DNA of 64,000 nt from Escherichia phage DCP2: sequence record OR780565.1. The stretch is one strand, 5' to 3'. Positions within the stretch are counted from its first letter, which is position 1. Each line of letters starts with the position of its first letter. Under the pieces are notes generated by a model. That model saw only the letters and a list, made by a program, of their open reading frames with translations, made no database searches and was not told where the DNA came from. Positions 59,361-64,000 of the stretch are shown in pieces. The position numbers and the translations under genes were made by a program.

Positions 59361-59549
59361 ATGGAATATTCAACTGGACAGCATCTATTAACTATTCCTG
59401 AAATAAAACGATATATTCTGAGAAATAATTTTTCTAATGAAGAGCATATAGTTACTGAATCTATGCTTAAGAATGCATTTAAATCAGAATATACGAAAAT
59501 AATGTCCAACAGAAATGAAGCTTGGACTGTTACTGATTATTATGACTAA
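59361..59549 (+). CDS. Hypothetical protein in the 45.2 position
   Basis: 62-aa ORF with SD ggagga. Confidence 0.4.
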   Translation: MEYSTGQHLLTIPEIKRYILRNNFSNEEHIVTESMLKNAFKSEYTKIMSNRNEAWTVTDYYD

Positions 59550-59558
59550 AGGTGTATT

Positions 59559-59948
59559 ATGACTAAAATTACTGTGAATTATACTGTTGATGTAAAAGAT
59601 ATTCAGCCAAAACACGTGCGTTCTGAATCAAATCCGCAAAACCAAAATAAAATTCGTCGAGCATGGGTTTTGTCTCTTTCTGATAACGCGATGGAAGTTA
59701 TTCAGAATAAAATTAAATCTGCACCTGCTCGTCATGCGTATTATGAAGCTATCGATCGTGAAGTGAGTGATAAATGGATTGAACTAATGCGCAAACATAC
59801 GACAGAATCTCTAAATGCTGGTGCTAAATTTATTATGACTTCATGTGGTGAACGCCTTGAAGACGATTATTGTGGTAATGCAGATGAACGTCTAATTGTT
59901 GCTGCTCAAATTGTTGCTGAAACAATTGCTGCTGATTTTAATCGTTAA
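59559..59948 (+). CDS. rpbA: RNA polymerase binding protein RpbA
   Basis: 129-aa ORF; size and position immediately upstream of gene 45. Confidence 0.6.
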   Translation: MTKITVNYTVDVKDIQPKHVRSESNPQNQNKIRRAWVLSLSDNAMEVIQNKIKSAPARHAYYEAIDREVSDKWIELMRKHTTESLNAGAKFIMTSCGERLEDDYCGNADERLIVAAQIVAETIAADFNR

Positions 59949-60003
59949 TTGCTTTATTAAATTAGTTATAAAATTAAATCTCATTTGAATTGAAGGAAAT
60001 TAC

Positions 60004-60690
60004 ATGAAACTGTCTAAAGATACTACTGCTCTGCTTAAAAATTTCGCTACTATTAACTCCGGTATTATGCTTAAATCCGGTCAATTTATTATGACTCGCG
60101 CGGTTAATGGTACTACTTATGCGGAAGCAAATATTTCTGACACTATTGATTTTGATGTAGCAATTTACGATTTGAACGGTTTTCTCGGTATTCTGTCCCT
60201 AGTTAATGATGATGCAGAAATTTCCCAGTCAGAAGATGGAAATATTAAAATTGCTGATGCTCGTTCAACAATTTTTTGGCCAGCAGCTGATCCGAGTACA
60301 GTAGTTGCTCCTAATAAACCAATTCCATTCCCAGTAGCATCTGTTGTTACTGAAATTAAAGCTGAAGACCTTCAACAGCTGTTGCGTGTATCTCGCGGTC
60401 TGCAGATTGATACAATTGCTATCACAGTAAAAGAAGGTAAAATCGTAATTAACGGTTTTAATAAAGTAGAAGATTCTGCTTTGACCCGTGTTAAATATTC
60501 TTTGACTCTTGGTGATTATGATGGTGAAAATACATTTAATTTCATTATCAATATGGCAAATATGAAAATGCAACCAGGAAATTATAAACTTCTGCTCTGG
60601 GCAAAAGGTAAACAAGGTGCTGCTAAATTTGAAGGTGAACATGCGAATTATGTAGTAGCTCTTGAAGCTGATTCTACCCACGACTTTTAA
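60004..60690 (+). CDS. 45: Sliding clamp gp45
   Basis: 228 aa, same length as T4 gp45; matches my recollection of the T4 sequence. Confidence 0.9.
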   Translation: MKLSKDTTALLKNFATINSGIMLKSGQFIMTRAVNGTTYAEANISDTIDFDVAIYDLNGFLGILSLVNDDAEISQSEDGNIKIADARSTIFWPAADPSTVVAPNKPIPFPVASVVTEIKAEDLQQLLRVSRGLQIDTIAITVKEGKIVINGFNKVEDSALTRVKYSLTLGDYDGENTFNFIINMANMKMQPGNYKLLLWAKGKQGAAKFEGEHANYVVALEADSTHDF

Positions 60691-60692
60691 TA

Positions 60693-60712
60693 GAGGGCTT
60701 CGGCCCTTTATA
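60693..60712 (+). terminator. UUCG-tetraloop hairpin terminator
   Basis: agggc-ttcg-gccct followed by ttataattt. Confidence 0.55.
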
Positions 60713-60741
60713 ATTTACACTAAAACTTGAATGAGGAAATT

Positions 60742-61701
60742 ATGATTACTGTAAATGAAAAAGAACACATTCTTGAACAGAAATATCGTCCATCTACTAT
60801 CGATGAATGTATTCTTCCCGCCTTTGATAAAGAAACCTTTAAATCTATTACAAGTAAAGGTAAGATTCCACATATTATTCTTCATTCTCCTTCTCCAGGA
60901 ACAGGTAAAACAACCGTAGCAAAAGCATTGTGTCATGATGTAAATGCTGATATGATGTTTGTGAATGGGTCAGATTGTAAAATTGATTTCGTTCGCGGTC
61001 CTTTGACCAATTTTGCTAGTGCAGCTTCATTTGATGGTCGTCAAAAAGTAATTGTTATTGATGAATTTGACCGCTCAGGGTTAGCAGAGTCTCAGCGACA
61101 TCTTCGTTCCTTTATGGAAGCTTATAGTTCAAACTGTAGTATTATTATTACTGCTAACAATATTGATGGTATTATTAAACCGCTTCAGTCACGCTGCCGA
61201 GTTATTACGTTCGGTCAACCGACCGATGAAGATAAAATTGAAATGATGAAGCAGATGATTCGTCGATTGACTGAAATCTGTAAGCATGAAGGAATTGCTA
61301 TAGCTGATATGAAAGTTGTAGCAGCTTTGGTTAAAAAGAATTTTCCTGATTTTCGTAAAACTATTGGTGAGCTCGATAGTTATTCATCTAAAGGTGTTTT
61401 GGATGCTGGTATTTTATCACTGGTTACTAACGATCGTGGTGCTATTGATGATGTTCTTGAATCTCTCAAAAATAAAGATGTTAAACAGCTCAGAGCTTTA
61501 GCACCAAAATATGCAGCTGATTATTCGTGGTTCGTAGGTAAACTTGCCGAAGAAATTTATACACGCGTAACTCCGCAAAGTATTATTCGTATGTATGAAA
61601 TTGTTGGTGAAAATAACCAGTATCATGGAATTGCGGCTAATACGGAATTACATTTAGCATATCTTTTCATTCAATTGGCATGCGAAATGCAGTGGAAGTG
61701 A
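60742..61701 (+). CDS. 44: Clamp loader large subunit gp44
   Basis: 319 aa from [17 protein letters not shown]; Walker [11 protein letters not shown]. Confidence 0.9.
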   Translation: MITVNEKEHILEQKYRPSTIDECILPAFDKETFKSITSKGKIPHIILHSPSPGTGKTTVAKALCHDVNADMMFVNGSDCKIDFVRGPLTNFASAASFDGRQKVIVIDEFDRSGLAESQRHLRSFMEAYSSNCSIIITANNIDGIIKPLQSRCRVITFGQPTDEDKIEMMKQMIRRLTEICKHEGIAIADMKVVAALVKKNFPDFRKTIGELDSYSSKGVLDAGILSLVTNDRGAIDDVLESLKNKDVKQLRALAPKYAADYSWFVGKLAEEIYTRVTPQSIIRMYEIVGENNQYHGIAANTELHLAYLFIQLACEMQWK

Positions 61702-61702
61702 T

Positions 61703-62266
61703 ATGAGCTTATTTGAAGATGATATTCAATTAAACGAGCATCAAGTTGCTTGGTATTCAAAAGATTGGACAGCTGTCCAATCTGCTGCTGATTCTTTTAA
61801 AGAAAAAGCTGAAAATGAGTTTTTTGAAATAATTGGAGCTATTAATAATAAAACTAAATGCTCTATTGCTCAAAAAGATTATTCAAAATACATGGTTGAG
61901 AATGCATTATCACAATTTCCTGAGTGCATGCCAGCTGTATATGCTATGAATTTAATTGGATCAGGTTTAAGCGATGAAGCCCATTTTAATTATCTGATGG
62001 CTGCTGTTCCTCGTGGTAAAAGATATGGTAAATGGGCAAAACTGGTTGAAGATTCTACCGAAGTATTGATTATTAAGTTACTTGCTAAGCGGTATCAAGT
62101 TAATACAAATGATGCAATTAACTATAAATCAATTCTTACTAAAAATGGAAAACTTCCTTTAGTATTAAAAGAACTAAAAGGTTTAGTCACGGATGATTTT
62201 TTGAAAGAAGTGACTAAGAACGTAAAAGAACAGAAACAACTCAAAAAACTAGCATTGGAATGGTAA
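61703..62266 (+). CDS. 62: Clamp loader small subunit gp62
   Basis: 187 aa, same length as T4 gp62; synteny 44-62-regA. Confidence 0.85.
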   Translation: MSLFEDDIQLNEHQVAWYSKDWTAVQSAADSFKEKAENEFFEIIGAINNKTKCSIAQKDYSKYMVENALSQFPECMPAVYAMNLIGSGLSDEAHFNYLMAAVPRGKRYGKWAKLVEDSTEVLIIKLLAKRYQVNTNDAINYKSILTKNGKLPLVLKELKGLVTDDFLKEVTKNVKEQKQLKKLALEW

Positions 62267-62267
62267 A

Positions 62268-62636
62268 ATGATTGAAATTACTCTTAAAAAACCTGAAGAT
62301 TTTCTGAAAGTAAAAGAAACCTTGACTCGTATGGGAATTGCTAATAATAAAGATAAAGTTCTGTATCAGTCCTGCCACATTCTTCAGAAAAAAGGACTAT
62401 ACTATATCGTTCATTTTAAAGAAATGCTTCGTATGGATGGTCGCCAAGTTGAAATGACAGAAGAAGATGAAGTTCGTCGTGATTCAATTGCATGGCTGTT
62501 AGAAGATTGGGGACTGATTGAAATCGCTCCCGGTCAAAGAACTTTTATGAAAGATTTAACTAATAACTTCCGAGTTATTTCTTTTAAACAAAAACATGAA
62601 TGGAAACTCGTTCCTAAATATACGATTGGTAATTAA
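62268..62636 (+). CDS. regA: Translational repressor RegA
   Basis: 122 aa; matches my recollection of T4 RegA. Confidence 0.9.
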   Translation: MIEITLKKPEDFLKVKETLTRMGIANNKDKVLYQSCHILQKKGLYYIVHFKEMLRMDGRQVEMTEEDEVRRDSIAWLLEDWGLIEIAPGQRTFMKDLTNNFRVISFKQKHEWKLVPKYTIGN

Positions 62637-62638
62637 GC

Positions 62639-62660
62639 AAGGGGCTTCGGCCCCTTATTT
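62639..62660 (+). terminator. UUCG-tetraloop hairpin terminator
   Basis: aaggggc-ttcg-gcccctt followed by atttgg. Confidence 0.55.
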
Positions 62661-62714
62661 GGAGTATAATATATCAAGAGCCTAATAACTCGGGCTATAA
62701 ACTAAGGAATATCT

Positions 62715-64000
62715 ATGAAAGAATTTTATATCTCTATTGAAACAGTCGGAAATAGCATTGTTGAACGTTATATTGATGAAAATGGAAAGGAACGTACTCG
62801 CGAAGTAGAATATCTTCCGACTATGTTTAGACATTGTAAGGAAGAATCAAAATACAAAGACATTTACGGTAAAAACTGCGCTCCTCAAAAATTTCCATCA
62901 ATGAAAGATGCACGAGATTGGATGAAGCGAATGGAAGACATCGGTCTCGAAGCTCTTGGTATGAACGATTTTAAACTCGCTTATATCAGTGATACATATG
63001 GTTCAGAAATTGTTTATGACCGAAAATTTGTTCGTGTAGCTAACTGTGACATTGAGGTTACTGGCGATAAATTTCCTGACCCAATGAAAGCAGAATATGA
63101 AATTGATGCTATCACTCATTATGATTCAATTGACGACCGTTTTTACGTATTTGATTTGTTGAATTCAATGTACGGTTCAGTATCAAAATGGGATGCAAAG
63201 TTAGCTGCTAAGCTTGACTGTGAAGGTGGTGATGAAGTTCCTCAAGAAATTCTTGACCGAGTAATTTATATGCCATTCGATAATGAGCGTGATATGCTCA
63301 TGGAATATATTAATCTCTGGGAACAGAAACGACCTGCTATTTTTACTGGTTGGAATATTGAGGGATTTGACGTTCCGTATATCATGAATCGTGTTAAAAT
63401 GGTTCTCGGTGAACGTAGTATGAAACGCTTCTCTCCAATCGGTCGAGTAAAATCTAAACTAATTCAAAATATGTACGGTAGCAAAGAAATTTATTCTATT
63501 GATGGCGTATCTATTCTTGATTATTTAGATTTGTACAAAAAATTCGCATTTACTAATTTGCCATCATTCTCTTTGGAATCAGTTGCTCAGCACGAAACCA
63601 AAAAAGGTAAATTGCCGTACGATGGTCCTATTAATAAACTTCGTGAGACTAATCATCAACGATACATTAGTTATAACATCATTGACGTAGAATCAGTTCA
63701 AGCAATTGATAAAATTCGTGGGTTTATCGATCTAGTTTTAAGTATGTCTTATTACGCTAAAATGCCTTTTTCTGGTGTAATGAGTCCTATTAAAACTTGG
63801 GATGCTATTATTTTTAACTCACTGAAAGGTGAACATAAGGTTATTCCTCAACAAGGTTCGCACGTTAAACAGAGTTTTCCAGGTGCATTTGTATTTGAAC
63901 CTAAACCGATTGCTCGTCGATACATTATGAGTTTTGACTTGACGTCTCTGTATCCTAGCATTATTCGTCAGGTTAACATTAGTCCTGAGACTATTCGTGG
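62715..64000 (+). CDS. 43: DNA polymerase gp43, N-terminal part (truncated by window end)
   Basis: ORF starts MKEFYISIETVGNSIVERYIDENGKERTRE and includes the exonuclease FDIE motif region; runs off the window. Confidence 0.9.
   Translation, partial: MKEFYISIETVGNSIVERYIDENGKERTREVEYLPTMFRHCKEESKYKDIYGKNCAPQKFPSMKDARDWMKRMEDIGLEALGMNDFKLAYISDTYGSEIVYDRKFVRVANCDIEVTGDKFPDPMKAEYEIDAITHYDSIDDRFYVFDLLNSMYGSVSKWDAKLAAKLDCEGGDEVPQEILDRVIYMPFDNERDMLMEYINLWEQKRPAIFTGWNIEGFDVPYIMNRVKMVLGERSMKRFSPIGRVKSKLIQNMYGSKEIYSIDGVSILDYLDLYKKFAFTNLPSFSLESVAQHETKKGKLPYDGPINKLRETNHQRYISYNIIDVESVQAIDKIRGFIDLVLSMSYYAKMPFSGVMSPIKTWDAIIFNSLKGEHKVIPQQGSHVKQSFPGAFVFEPKPIARRYIMSFDLTSLYPSIIRQVNISPETIR

Overview
This window is a contiguous segment of a T4-like (T-even, Tequatrovirus-type) lytic coliphage genome, running from fibritin (wac) to the 5' part of DNA polymerase gene 43. 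All calls rest on reading the ORF translations, motifs and synteny; no database search was run, and coordinates of non-ORF features are approximate (+/-2 nt). Positions 39-15654 (minus strand) carry the late baseplate/tail block in T4 order: 53, 5 (hub lysozyme), 5.1, 5.4, 6, 7, 8, 9, 10, 11, 12, wac. The plus strand carries 4, 2, an HNH endonuclease, 3, 1, 57A, 57B (Acb1), ipI, a second HNH gene, a 10-tRNA array, a hyperplastic block, nudE, e, denV, the vs/regB/tk/rI block, a roughly 11-kb accessory block, nrdC, pin, 49, intron-less nrdD, nrdG, nrdH, 55, a-gt, 47, 46, rpbA, 45, 44, 62, regA and 43. It is not T4 itself: the lysozyme has several substitutions, the tRNA set differs from the one I recall for T4, and nrdD has no intron. 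The strongest candidate for an undescribed system is a promoter-to-terminator operon at 36468-39220 encoding a nucleotidyltransferase-fold protein, a membrane protein and two paralogues. Other candidates are a four-gene coiled-coil-tailed family (42207-46187), extra internal-protein genes with capsid-targeting leaders, a partly host-like GrcA gene, a macro-domain gene, a tRNA-like non-coding region and a pin 3'-end duplication that created a small ORF.
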